This document shows positions 8,591 to 18,920 of a DNA stretch of 35,533 nucleotides, piece after piece. The stretch is from an uncultured virus (IMG/VR IMGVR_UViG_3300027741_000038). Its lineage: Duplodnaviria > Heunggongvirae > Uroviricota > Caudoviricetes. The translations under genes were made by a program, and so were the position numbers. The notes below the pieces were generated by a model, which ran no database searches, was not told the origin of the DNA, and was given only the letters and a program-made list of their open reading frames with translations. The number at the start of each line of letters is the position of its first letter. The first letter of the stretch is position 1. The DNA is taken from IMG/VR virus record IMGVR_UViG_3300027741_000038; one strand, written 5' to 3'.

Positions 8591-9451
8591 TTAGTAGTAT
8601 AAATATACAACGCCGTTACCGCCTGAGCCAGCAGTTCCACCAGTAGAAGCGCCGCCACCACCACCACCACCTAAGCCGCCTTTGCCACCATCATTTAGAA
8701 CACCAGTTGATATTCCTGCTGGATAACCAGCATTGAATCCTGCGCCTGTATATCCTGCTCCACCACCGCCACCGCCAAAAGATGTTCCAGTTCCAGTTGA
8801 ACCAGCACCACCTGAATAGAAATCGCCAGTACCGCCAGCACCGCCTGTGCCTGTACCTGCTGTTCCTGCTGCACCACCGCCACCAGTAATTAGACCACGA
8901 CCTCCAGCAGATGCAGTTACTGTTCCAGTTATTGTTGCTGAGCCACCGCCACCGCCAGTATTTACTCCAGCATTACCAGCAGTAGCAGAACCGCCAGCAG
9001 CGGCATAACCTGTTGAAGTTGTAGAAGGCGCGCCTGTGTAAGAACTTGTTGATGTGGTAGTTTGATTAGGCGTTGTTGCCCCACCTCCTGCACCGCCAGA
9101 AATTTGAGATGAACCTGCACCTGAACCGCCACCCGAAAAAACCATTCCATAGATTGATGAACCGCCGCTTGCACCACCACCAGCAGTTGAAGTTCCTATG
9201 CCACCAGCGCCTACTGTTACTGAGTTTGAAATATAAGTCCAACCAGCAGAGTAACCACCCGCACCGCCGCCACCACCACCGCCAGTTGTTTGTGTGCTTC
9301 CTGCACCACCACCGCCGATGACGATTGCATAGACTCGGTTGATACCAGCAGGAATATCAGTTACAGAAGAAGATGTTGTGTATGTGCGTTGCAGTTTGAG
9401 TCCGTAAGGAGTATCAGTAAATTGTGAATTGCTATAAATAGTTGCGCTCAT
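8591..9451 (-). CDS. Glycine-rich adhesin-like protein, type A
   Basis: DTPYGLKLQ, IPAGINRVYAIVIGGGG, GWTYISN, SIYGMV; ends GNGVVYLYY. Confidence 0.75.
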   Translation of the reverse strand: MSATIYSNSQFTDTPYGLKLQRTYTTSSSVTDIPAGINRVYAIVIGGGGAGSTQTTGGGGGGGAGGYSAGWTYISNSVTVGAGGIGTSTAGGGASGGSSIYGMVFSGGGSGAGSSQISGGAGGGATTPNQTTTSTSSYTGAPSTTSTGYAAAGGSATAGNAGVNTGGGGGSATITGTVTASAGGRGLITGGGGAAGTAGTGTGGAGGTGDFYSGGAGSTGTGTSFGGGGGGAGYTGAGFNAGYPAGISTGVLNDGGKGGLGGGGGGGASTGGTAGSGGNGVVYLYY

Positions 9452-9460
9452 AGTTGCTCC

Positions 9461-10390
9461 CTAGTAGAAAAGGTAAAGTATTCCTGCGCCGCCTATTGAA
9501 GAAGTACCGCCAGTTGGTGCAGCACCCCCACCACCCCCACCGATTCCACCTGCGCCACCAGCATTTCCTGATGCAGCAGTTCCGTTACCTGCAACTCCAG
9601 CACCACCACCACCTGCGCCAGCAGTTCCAGTACCAGTTGAACCATTACCACCTGTATAAGTTGTTGATGGGTTCAGAATTGAAATTCCAGTTCCACCATT
9701 ACCGCCTGTTCTGCTTCCAGTAGTTGTACCCGCGTGACCACCGCCACCACCAGCAAAACCTGAACCGCCGTTACCAGCAGTAGAAGCAGTAGATACTCCG
9801 CTTATTCCAGCAGTTCCACCACCACCACCTGAAATTCCATTACCGCCGTTACCAGCAGTAGAAGAACCACCTGCGCCGTATGTGCCATACCCATAGCCAC
9901 CATTAGCACCAAAACCTCCATTGATAGATGTTGCAGTTCCACCAATCCCATTTGCCATACCCCAATAATTGCAAGCATAGTTATTCAAATAACCACCATA
10001 AGAAGATATACCACCACCAGATGAAGGCTGACCACCTACTGCAATTATATTTCCATAGCGTGTATAACCACCGACACCACCAGTAACACCAAAACCAACT
10101 ATGCAAGATGATGTTGCAATAGTCCAGCCCCACGAAATCTGTCCAGCACAACCTGAACTTCCATTAGCACCAGCAGATCCACCGCCACCAGCGCCAACTG
10201 CGATGGCATAAACAAATGTAATTCCAGCAGGGATTGTTACTGATGTATCGCCAGCATTTTTAGTTTGTTGTAGTTTTAAGCCGTAGGGCAAAATAAAATG
10301 CGTATTAGATAAAGGTGTTGAGGCAGGAGAAGATGGGTGCCAATCACTGACTTGTGAACTTACTTCGCCTCTAGGTAAATATTGATGCAT
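9461..10390 (-). CDS. Glycine-rich adhesin-like protein, type B
   Basis: GEVSSQVSDW, PYGLKLQ, WGWT, YTRYGNI, NYWGM; ends GAGILYLFY. Confidence 0.75.
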   Translation of the reverse strand: MHQYLPRGEVSSQVSDWHPSSPASTPLSNTHFILPYGLKLQQTKNAGDTSVTIPAGITFVYAIAVGAGGGGSAGANGSSGCAGQISWGWTIATSSCIVGFGVTGGVGGYTRYGNIIAVGGQPSSGGGISSYGGYLNNYACNYWGMANGIGGTATSINGGFGANGGYGYGTYGAGGSSTAGNGGNGISGGGGGTAGISGVSTASTAGNGGSGFAGGGGGHAGTTTGSRTGGNGGTGISILNPSTTYTGGNGSTGTGTAGAGGGGAGVAGNGTAASGNAGGAGGIGGGGGGAAPTGGTSSIGGAGILYLFY

Positions 10391-10399
10391 ATCTAAACC

Positions 10400-11293
10400 T
10401 TATACTATACGATTAACGTAGCCTGAAAGCGCAATGACGTTGGCTGTTGAAGCGTACGCATAGATTGCCGAATATAAAGTAGAAGACGTATTGTTAGATA
10501 AAATCAATCCTGGTGTAATAAGAGTTAGACCAGATTGAGCGGGGATAGTAATTATCTGTTGTCCAGATATAAATGCAGATGCGCCTGTCTGAGCAATTCC
10601 ATATTGAAGAGTTAACTGAGTAGCAGCATTAGATAGGTTATTTGCATAGAGCCAAACTTCATCAAGTCCCGCACCTGTGTTGTTATGGATAAATGTACCA
10701 ACTGTTGGAGATGCAGTTGCTAGACCAGTCTGAGTCGAGATAGCACCAGTTGTTGTTGATAATACTGAGGTTGTGAATGTGTAAGAACCAGAAGAACCAG
10801 CGACCGCGGTAATTGGCGAAGAAGAGACGTTATAGCCAGCGGTAGTCAAACCAGTTACAGTAACTAATTGAGTAGTTGCAAACTGTACTGTTGATGTTGT
10901 TGTGTACACAGCGTTATATGAAGTTGCTGTACCCGATGCAGTAGCAGAAATTGCGCCAACAGTAAACGGTATTGATGCGGTAAATGTAGTAGAAGACGGC
11001 ACAGATGTAATAATAATGTTTAGTAAGTTAGCGGAGGCAAAGTTAGTTCCCGCAGTAAAGCCAGAGATTGAAATCAACTGACCAACTACAAACGAGTGAG
11101 ACGCTGAAGTTGTGTAGGTAATAGTGTTAGATCCTGCTGCAGCAACTGCGGTGTTAACGGTTGCAGTGGTAGTCGTAGGTGAGGCTACTGAGGTGACATA
11201 GATACCAGAGGCAAGAGTGGTAGAGGTTGCCGTGACTAGGGTCGGATAGGAATAAGGTTGACCCGATAGTAATACTTTGCTATATGTTGCCAT
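10400..11293 (-). CDS. Virion structural protein with inserted Thr-rich beta modules
   Basis: MATYSKVLLSG N-terminus; DEVWLYANN...IPAQSGLTL...GYVNRI C-terminal domain; internal YTTSASHSFVVGQLISISG module. Confidence 0.7.
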   Translation of the reverse strand: MATYSKVLLSGQPYSYPTLVTATSTTLASGIYVTSVASPTTTTATVNTAVAAAGSNTITYTTSASHSFVVGQLISISGFTAGTNFASANLLNIIITSVPSSTTFTASIPFTVGAISATASGTATSYNAVYTTTSTVQFATTQLVTVTGLTTAGYNVSSSPITAVAGSSGSYTFTTSVLSTTTGAISTQTGLATASPTVGTFIHNNTGAGLDEVWLYANNLSNAATQLTLQYGIAQTGASAFISGQQIITIPAQSGLTLITPGLILSNNTSSTLYSAIYAYASTANVIALSGYVNRIV

Positions 11294-11319
11294 TTATATA
11301 TCTCCTTGTTTATAGGTTT

Positions 11320-11328
11320 ATTATACCA
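11320..11328 (-). promoter_or_regulatory. Extended -10 promoter TGGTATAAT
   Basis: Intergenic, upstream of the AAGGAG RBS of the gene starting at 11293. Confidence 0.6.
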
Positions 11329-11335
11329 TTAATAT

Positions 11336-12976
11336 TTAAAAAACCTGGCTTGCTAGGACCATTTGATCCCCGTCGCCTTTAGTAAAATTACCTATTGGAT
11401 CTATTGCTGATAATACTGTACCACCACTATTTTGCCATTCTGTAAGGTTTGCAGTTTGAGATGCTGCACCTTTTACTCCTAATGCAAGATAAGCAGCATT
11501 TGATGCAAACGCACTAACTCCAGCAAGACCTATGTGATTATTAGAGCCACCTCTAATTCCACCTTGTGCATAAATTGATCCATAATTAACATTTAATTGA
11601 TTACTTGCATTTAATTGTAATAGTATAGCACTTCCAGAATTTTTAATTTGAAAATAATCTGCAGTTTGAGTGCCATTTCCATTTATAGTTAAACCAATAA
11701 TATCTTGGTTATTAGAAATAGCCATTGTGTTGGATCCACCATAATTGCCTTGAACTGCTAATCCACCTTGTAACCATGTATTTCCAGTAAATAATGCGCC
11801 ACCTTGCGCTGTAACTTTAGCTAATAATCCGCCTGAACCATTTTGCCATTGTGTTAAATCTCCTTGTTGAGAAGTGCTACCTATGCCACCTGAAGTATAT
11901 GTGTCTACTAAAGGATTAGTAACAGTAAATTGTGAAGCAGTTGCAGATGCAATAGTTGCGTTAGTTAAATTAAAACCAGATCCTGCTGTTGCGCTTGGAT
12001 TACCTGTAGATACAATTCCAGTAATTGTTATTTGTTCGCCAGCATAAAGATAAAAAGAATTTGTCGAATTGTAGGTTATTGTTGTGCCATTTGCTGTTGC
12101 ATTTGTAATTGTATAAGTTGAATTTGTTCCTTTAACAATCAATGGCATTTGATTTGAAAATCTTGAAGCTATAGTAAAAAAACTAGTATTTAAAAAATTT
12201 GCATTGTTAGTTGGCATTTGTATAATTGAACCAGTTGTAGCAGTATCTTGTATATTATTTGCAAGAACGCTTGTTGTTAAAATTCCATTACTAAATTGTC
12301 CTTGACCGCTAGGTGTAACATAACCAGTTCTTGTACCGCCTGTACCAAAAAATTCCATAAGATTTGATATTTGTAAAGGATGAGCTTGAATTACAACTTG
12401 TGTATTAATTGGATTTACTCCAGTTATACTAAGTTGTGGGCTTGGTCTTAATATTCCAAATCCTGTTCCAACACCACCTGGTGTAAATCCTGATCCTAAT
12501 ACCGTAAAAGCCCAAGCTCCTGAACCGCCACTTATTGATGTTACCACCCATATTCCATTAAAATAACTAGGGGTTACTGATGATATTTGTACTTGTTGAC
12601 CAACTAAAAGTGGTTGTGAAGATAATCCATATGTAAATGTTGCAGTTGTTGAAGATGTGGCTGTTGCAGAACCAAGAGGATAATTTTGGTTTGCCTGCCC
12701 AAATGCTGGTGTATTTCCAATATATATATTTCCTGCAGAATTTATTGAAGTTCTTGTTACTCCCGCATTATCTTGTATTTGAACTAAATCTAAGTTAGGA
12801 AGAGATGCACTTTTTAAAGTTAAACCAACATTTGTAGCATCTGGAAATATAATCCCTGCTTTAGAATTTACTGTAGTTGTATTTATAGTATTAGTTACGT
12901 TTAATACGTCATCAACATTTAATTCAGATACCTTGGCAGGATCTTGATATGTATACTTTAATTTATCTAAAGCCAT
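11336..12976 (-). CDS. Tail-fibre-like protein, 546 aa
   Basis: Repeats of Q-T-A-[DN]-L-x-[QE]-W-Q-N-x-x-G-x-V-L plus beta modules; ends GDQMVLASQVF; GGAGG RBS. Confidence 0.75.
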   Translation of the reverse strand: MALDKLKYTYQDPAKVSELNVDDVLNVTNTINTTTVNSKAGIIFPDATNVGLTLKSASLPNLDLVQIQDNAGVTRTSINSAGNIYIGNTPAFGQANQNYPLGSATATSSTTATFTYGLSSQPLLVGQQVQISSVTPSYFNGIWVVTSISGGSGAWAFTVLGSGFTPGGVGTGFGILRPSPQLSITGVNPINTQVVIQAHPLQISNLMEFFGTGGTRTGYVTPSGQGQFSNGILTTSVLANNIQDTATTGSIIQMPTNNANFLNTSFFTIASRFSNQMPLIVKGTNSTYTITNATANGTTITYNSTNSFYLYAGEQITITGIVSTGNPSATAGSGFNLTNATIASATASQFTVTNPLVDTYTSGGIGSTSQQGDLTQWQNGSGGLLAKVTAQGGALFTGNTWLQGGLAVQGNYGGSNTMAISNNQDIIGLTINGNGTQTADYFQIKNSGSAILLQLNASNQLNVNYGSIYAQGGIRGGSNNHIGLAGVSAFASNAAYLALGVKGAASQTANLTEWQNSGGTVLSAIDPIGNFTKGDGDQMVLASQVF

Positions 12977-12998
12977 TTAGAACCTCCCCCGCTTTTTA

Positions 12999-15900
12999 TT
13001 AAGCTTGGGCTTCTGTCCAAGCAACACGTCCAAGTACTGATTGAGCTGTGGTACCTACGTTTGTTACAACAATTGTAAGAACGTCGGGACCATCTGGATA
13101 AATATTATTATTTGAATATAAGGTTCCATTACCTGTAATAGCATTACCTAAATCACGAAGTGTGTTAATTTCATTTGAACCAGTTGTTGATACAAAGAAT
13201 CCACCTGTTGTTTCACCACCCTGAATAATATAGTTACCACCAGCAAAGTCAGCAATTTGACCAAGTGAAGATGTTGGTGAAGATACAGCGTTTCTTACTG
13301 GGTTTGTCCAAGTTGCATATGTATTTGCTGTTGGATTAAATGGAACTCCATTCAAAATAGCCTGTACGAATACGTTACCTGAAGATGTACCAAGTAGAGA
13401 AATATCAAGTGTTCTAAACACAAGCTGCATACGATTAATTAATTCACGACGACCAAAGAAATCTGCAATACCAGTATCTACTGAAGGTGATATACGAATT
13501 GAGAATAATGCTTTTGTTGTAGCTCCCGCAAATGTTAGTGCAGCAGATGAAAGCGATACCGCATTATTTAATGTAATTGCTGTACTTGATTGTACTGATG
13601 CAACATATGTATTTGCAGGAACACCAGTTCCAGATACATACATACCAGCAACTACGTTTGTGTTTGCTGCAGATAATGTTACAGAAGTTGAAGATCCTGA
13701 TGTAGATCCTGTTGCTGTTGTACCATTCGCTGGTGCAAGGGCGGTAGGTGTAACTTGACCATAAGTAAAGAGAAGCGACTTATCATCATCAAAACGACCA
13801 TCCATAATAACAGATGTACCCCAGTGTGACATTGTAGGTCCAAATGTTGGAAATGCTTGCTCAACAACTACTGGCGTAGTTGCAGAATATGTAAATGCTG
13901 TTCCTGTTGTAGCACCCATTGGAGGGAAGTATACAAGTGGGTTTGCAGTTGTTGCTGCTGCAGATAATGTTAAGCTTGTTCCGCTAATATATTCAATTTT
14001 TGTTCCATCTGGGAACGTTGGGTGAACAACTCTTTGTCCAACTTGAAGACCTGTATTTGCAGCAACTGTTCCAATATTTGAACCTGCTGCAATTGTTAAT
14101 GTATAGCCATTAGTTGTTAAATTACCTGCCTGTGCACGGGTAACACCAGTAAATGTATTTCCAGTTATACCTGTATAGTTAAAATATTCAAATGCTGATC
14201 CAGATCTAATTACTGCAGTTCCTGGCAATGTTGCAGATCCTGCGTAAAATCCTGTTGTATTTGCAACTGTAATTGTTGTATCAGTTGTTCCAACGCTTGC
14301 TTGAATTTGAGTTACCGCTGGTTTGGTTTCTGATTCATAACGACCTGGAAGGTTTCCTGAACGCATGTAAGCCATAGCATTTTGATTGTTATTTGCTAAT
14401 TTGTGTACATAAATAATATTACCCTTTGGACCACGGAAGCCCCAACGTACGGCACCTGCGCCATACCAAGAATAATCAATATAAAACATTTGCATCTTTG
14501 TAAGATCTAAGTTATATCCTGATGGTCCTGTTCCGTCAAGCTTATCAATATTCCATGCAGATTGTGGAATTCTTGTTTCAACAGTCTTAGAAACAATTAC
14601 GTTTGTAGCTGTATTTCCACGATATGATGGCTGTATTGTTAAAGATGTATCTGAAGCAATATCAATAACTTTATATGACTGTCCACGAAGAATAATAAAA
14701 TCTCCTGGAACCAATTGCTTATTAAATGATGTTGGATATGCTGTGCTTGTTTGTGTTACTGTATTTGAACCCTGTGTAACGCTTACACGTCCCGCTGATT
14801 GAAAAATAGAGTTACGACGAACTGCATATAATGTTATTCCATCAAATTCAAAGAAAACACCATTTTGCTGATCAAACATTCCTAAACGATTAAACGCACC
14901 GTTCCAAGCATTTACTGCTACATAATACTGACCTGAAGCTGTTGCTGCTTGTGGAGTAATAGATGCTACATAAGTAAAGTCTGTTAATGATGTTACGTTT
15001 GCAACAGTAAATGTACCGTTGTATCCATTTTCGTTAGCACCATAAATTGTTACTTGATATCCTGGCTGTAAGCCATGACGTTCTTTTGTTTTTACCGTTA
15101 CAGTTGTACCAGAAGATGTTAAAGAATCAATTCCAAATGTTGGCTTAAGAATTGTTCCAGACGATATTTGAATGCCCTTACCTGATTGATAACGGAAATA
15201 ACGACGTGTTTGACGAACTTGAGCTACGTTATTTGAACCACTATTTGTTGAGAACATAACTCCACCATCAAAAGCACGGTGTGTAACTTGAGCTTGATTA
15301 CGTGCAAATATTGATGCATAAAATGTTGTTGATGTTGAAGATAAAGCTGCAGTTAAATTATTGTTTAATGTAATTACTGTACCTTGAATATCTTTAATTA
15401 TTGAACCATTAGGAATACCAGTTGCTGCAAATATTGTCATACCTAATGATAATCCTGTAGCTGATGCGACTGTAATAATGTTTGATCCCGCTACACCTGT
15501 AGAAGTTGTAGCAGTTGGAGATGCTGAAGCAGTACCTGTTTGTGCTGCTGTAGCATAATATATAAACTGTGTTGGTGTAACAACTGTAGCAACATGATAA
15601 TTACCGTTAATTGTTCCAGATAAACCTGTTGTTCCAACAACTGCAACTTCATTTCCAAGCGCTAAACCATGTGGGACTGTTGTTGTAACAGTTACAGCAC
15701 CTGTGTTTGTATTGTATGCCATTGTTGGAGCTGTTATTGTTCCAGCAGTTATTGAAGCATTTGTAAAGTATGTTCCTGCTTGTACTTGTGTTTTATATGT
15801 ATCAAAAATAGATGTTGATGCCCAAATTGTTGGAGTTGGGCCTTTTGCTGAATATGTAAGTGCAGAAACTATAGAAGCAGATGCTGTAGATGTTGTAATA

Positions 15901-17150
15901 CTTGTTGTAGTATTATTTACAGTAAATGAAGTTGCTGCAACTATTGATTGAACAATAAATGTTCCGTTAGCTCCCGCTGTTGTTGCACCTGTAATAACAA
16001 CTGCTGATCCAACTGGTGGAGGAGTTGTTGTGTTATATGTAACTTGTGTTCCAGTTCCTGCAGAAATTGCAGTAATAGAAGCTGTTGGGGTTGTTTCAAC
16101 TATATAGTTACCAATTGCTGTTGGAGAAAATGTATCTGATACAACAATAGGAGATCCTGGAGCTGGTGCAATATTATATACAACATTTCCTGTACCTGTT
16201 GCTGCACCCGTTCCATTGCTTGCAATAATAAATGATGTTGGTGTGGGTGTTGATAAAACTGGAGTTGCAATAGTAGTATTATATGAACCACCTGTAGCAG
16301 TTAATCCTGTAACTACAACTAATTGTCCGACTGATAGGTTATGTGCAGCAGATGTTGTATATTGAGCTGTTGTACCATTTCCAAATGCTCCCGCAGATGT
16401 TGTAGTTATAATAGAAGCGTTTGTATAAACAGTAGTTGCTCTTGTTCCTGCCGTTGCAGTTTGAATATCTAAAGTATTAAGTGAGTTAAAAACAAATGCA
16501 TAAGCAAATGGACGGTTATTCATTAATCCAAGGTTTTCCCACTTAGAAACCTGAGATGAGTATTCAAAGTCTGTATCAACAAGAGCTTGAGGTGAAGACA
16601 TTCTAAGCTTACCAACTGGATCAGTCATTTCTTGTGATGGTTCAAACTTTTCTGCATATTCGTCAATTGTAATTTGCAACTTATCTGTAGTTGCCATTGT
16701 TGTTGTATTGTAGTTTAATGTTACAACCGTATTTTCGTTAATTGTTACAAGTCCACCAGATACATAAGTTCCCGCCGCATTTGTTGTTACAGTAAATGTT
16801 GTAGTTGTAGGAACAGAAGCGATTGTTCCAACTATGTTATATGCATATGGTGTAACACCAGTAACTGTTACTGTTTGTCCTACTATAAAACCATGTGCTG
16901 CAGATGTTGTATATGTTGCAGCAGTTCCTGAGCCAGATGCGGCTGTTACTTGAAAAAATGTTGATGAATCTCCGTATGTTGCATATGATGATGCTAAGAG
17001 GGACGGGTCTGAAAAATTGTATATTACCTTATTGGCTGTTACGTTAGTTATAAGAACAAGACGCTCTCTTGTAATAATTCTAGGAATAACCACAGTCCTT
17101 GTTGCTGGATTAAATGCATAGCTTGTTTCAAGTAGAATCTTTCTTGCCAT
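12999..17150 (-). CDS. Large virion structural protein (baseplate/fibre-like), 1383 aa
   Basis: Thr/Gly/Ala-rich; several TT-x-x-x-HG-x-x-x-G modules; RQTRRYFRYQSGKG, IDYSWYGAG and HWGTSVIMDGRFDDD segments typical of large aquatic-phage virion proteins. Confidence 0.75.
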   Translation of the reverse strand: MARKILLETSYAFNPATRTVVIPRIITRERLVLITNVTANKVIYNFSDPSLLASSYATYGDSSTFFQVTAASGSGTAATYTTSAAHGFIVGQTVTVTGVTPYAYNIVGTIASVPTTTTFTVTTNAAGTYVSGGLVTINENTVVTLNYNTTTMATTDKLQITIDEYAEKFEPSQEMTDPVGKLRMSSPQALVDTDFEYSSQVSKWENLGLMNNRPFAYAFVFNSLNTLDIQTATAGTRATTVYTNASIITTTSAGAFGNGTTAQYTTSAAHNLSVGQLVVVTGLTATGGSYNTTIATPVLSTPTPTSFIIASNGTGAATGTGNVVYNIAPAPGSPIVVSDTFSPTAIGNYIVETTPTASITAISAGTGTQVTYNTTTPPPVGSAVVITGATTAGANGTFIVQSIVAATSFTVNNTTTSITTSTASASIVSALTYSAKGPTPTIWASTSIFDTYKTQVQAGTYFTNASITAGTITAPTMAYNTNTGAVTVTTTVPHGLALGNEVAVVGTTGLSGTINGNYHVATVVTPTQFIYYATAAQTGTASASPTATTSTGVAGSNIITVASATGLSLGMTIFAATGIPNGSIIKDIQGTVITLNNNLTAALSSTSTTFYASIFARNQAQVTHRAFDGGVMFSTNSGSNNVAQVRQTRRYFRYQSGKGIQISSGTILKPTFGIDSLTSSGTTVTVKTKERHGLQPGYQVTIYGANENGYNGTFTVANVTSLTDFTYVASITPQAATASGQYYVAVNAWNGAFNRLGMFDQQNGVFFEFDGITLYAVRRNSIFQSAGRVSVTQGSNTVTQTSTAYPTSFNKQLVPGDFIILRGQSYKVIDIASDTSLTIQPSYRGNTATNVIVSKTVETRIPQSAWNIDKLDGTGPSGYNLDLTKMQMFYIDYSWYGAGAVRWGFRGPKGNIIYVHKLANNNQNAMAYMRSGNLPGRYESETKPAVTQIQASVGTTDTTITVANTTGFYAGSATLPGTAVIRSGSAFEYFNYTGITGNTFTGVTRAQAGNLTTNGYTLTIAAGSNIGTVAANTGLQVGQRVVHPTFPDGTKIEYISGTSLTLSAAATTANPLVYFPPMGATTGTAFTYSATTPVVVEQAFPTFGPTMSHWGTSVIMDGRFDDDKSLLFTYGQVTPTALAPANGTTATGSTSGSSTSVTLSAANTNVVAGMYVSGTGVPANTYVASVQSSTAITLNNAVSLSSAALTFAGATTKALFSIRISPSVDTGIADFFGRRELINRMQLVFRTLDISLLGTSSGNVFVQAILNGVPFNPTANTYATWTNPVRNAVSSPTSSLGQIADFAGGNYIIQGGETTGGFFVSTTGSNEINTLRDLGNAITGNGTLYSNNNIYPDGPDVLTIVVTNVGTTAQSVLGRVAWTEAQA

Positions 17151-17151
17151 A

Positions 17152-18045
17152 TTAGTACGCTCCTAGTAAAATGTCCATTGCTTTAAATGGATAAGAATAT
17201 GTTGTTGATGATACTGTCTGTCCCGCTTCAATCCTGCCCACAAAAGTTGTTCCTACGGGCGGGACTTCAGAAAAAGACATATATCCATCTGAATCTAATA
17301 TAAATCCATCATAACTGAAAGGACTTCCCCAAACATATTCTGGTAGACTTACACTTTGAATTATACCATTAAGAGTTATTAAAAGCCTAAAAGGGTTTGT
17401 TATTGCTTGAGTAACTCCTTGCCATGTGGGAAAAAATCTATTTTCAATTCCGTCAAATTTATAATATAAATTATCTAAGGGGGTTATTTCTAAGTTAGAT
17501 CCTGCAATAATAGTTCCAGTATTTGTAGTAATTGAATTTACTGTAGCATTTCCAGCACTATCTATTTTTGCAATTATATTTCCGAGTGAATCTTGCCATT
17601 CTTGTAAATTGGCACTTTGACTTGTAGCACCTTTTATAATAAAACCTTTATTTGTTGATGTGCCAATGGTAATTTGTTGGGGGGATCCAGTAAATGTATT
17701 AGAGTTTGCTAAATATGGAATAATAATTGGATCTACAAGAAGATTTACTCCAGATGTGGTTAAACTTGATGCTATATTTAGACTTATTGTAGTGCCAGAT
17801 AGATTTATAGGAGATGTTGCACTTCCAACTCCCGCCGTTCCCGCCGTTCCTGTAGGTCCTTGAACTCCTTGTATTCCTTGTATTGTACTTTGAGCACCTT
17901 GTATACCTTGTGCTCCTTGAGTTCCTTGAACTGCTACAGAACCAACAGATTGCCAAACGTAGCCAGTCCAAATCCATGTAAGTCCATTAAATGAATATGT
18001 AGTTACATTTGCTACTAAACCTGAAGTTGGAAAATTAATTGGCAT
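17152..18045 (-). CDS. Virion structural protein with a short collagen tract
   Basis: INFP...FNGLTWIWTGYVW N-terminus, G-X-Q stretch, QSANLQEWQD repeat, LLITLNGIIQ...FSEVPP C-terminal domain. Confidence 0.7.
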   Translation of the reverse strand: MPINFPTSGLVANVTTYSFNGLTWIWTGYVWQSVGSVAVQGTQGAQGIQGAQSTIQGIQGVQGPTGTAGTAGVGSATSPINLSGTTISLNIASSLTTSGVNLLVDPIIIPYLANSNTFTGSPQQITIGTSTNKGFIIKGATSQSANLQEWQDSLGNIIAKIDSAGNATVNSITTNTGTIIAGSNLEITPLDNLYYKFDGIENRFFPTWQGVTQAITNPFRLLITLNGIIQSVSLPEYVWGSPFSYDGFILDSDGYMSFSEVPPVGTTFVGRIEAGQTVSSTTYSYPFKAMDILLGAY

Positions 18046-18077
18046 TTATTTGCTCCTGTAACTTATTATACATTATA

Positions 18078-18911
18078 TTAATAATAAAGAAGTACACAAC
18101 CACCACCACCTGAACCAGCAGCACCTGATGTTGAGGCCGCCCCACCACCACCGCCACCTAAACCTCCGTTACCACCATTGTTTCCAACTGCATCTTTGCC
18201 AGCACCTAAAAATCCAGCGCCTCCCCCTCCACCACCAAAAGTTATTCCTGTTCCTGTTGAACCTAAGCCACCAGTATAGAAATCACCTGTGCCGCCGTTG
18301 CCACCTGTGCCAACTCCTGATGTTCCTGCTGCACCACCGCCACCACAGATAAGTCCACGGTTACCGCCACCAGCATTTATTGCTCCAGTAGTACCTGCTT
18401 GTCCATTTGCTCCTCCCGCTGAAACCCCAGCAGCATTTTGTGCACCAGCGTAACTATAAACTCCGCCTGAAGACGAAGGCGCTCCTGTATAAGAGACGGT
18501 TGACGAAACTCCACCACCTGATGTTGCACCAGCAGCACCTCCACCACCTGTTCCAGGCTGTGCACCAGAACCACCACCAGCCATTACCATTCCATAAATT
18601 GATGAACCACCATTAGCACCAGCAGCCGCAGTACTTGGCCCAGTGCCGCCAGCGCCGACTGTTACCGTATTTGAAATATAAGTCCAACCCGTTGAGTAGC
18701 CTCCAGCACCTCCAGCACCTCCACCACCAGTTGCAGTAGATGAGCCACTACCGCCACCACCAATAACAATTGCATACACTCTGTTTATGCCTATGGGAAT
18801 AGTTACTGAATATGTTTGATCAGTTGTAGTTGTATTAGTAAAAGTTTGCTGTAGCTTAAGACCCAAAGGAGTATCACTATACTGTGGGCTTTGATTAATA
18901 CTAGAACTCAT
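18078..18911 (-). CDS. Glycine-rich adhesin-like protein, type A
   Basis: DTPLGLKLQ, GINRVYAIVIGGGG, GWTYISN, SIYGMV; ends GGCVLLYY. Confidence 0.75.
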   Translation of the reverse strand: MSSSINQSPQYSDTPLGLKLQQTFTNTTTTDQTYSVTIPIGINRVYAIVIGGGGSGSSTATGGGGAGGAGGYSTGWTYISNTVTVGAGGTGPSTAAAGANGGSSIYGMVMAGGGSGAQPGTGGGGAAGATSGGGVSSTVSYTGAPSSSGGVYSYAGAQNAAGVSAGGANGQAGTTGAINAGGGNRGLICGGGGAAGTSGVGTGGNGGTGDFYTGGLGSTGTGITFGGGGGGAGFLGAGKDAVGNNGGNGGLGGGGGGAASTSGAAGSGGGGCVLLYY

Positions 18912-18920
18912 TATTACTCC

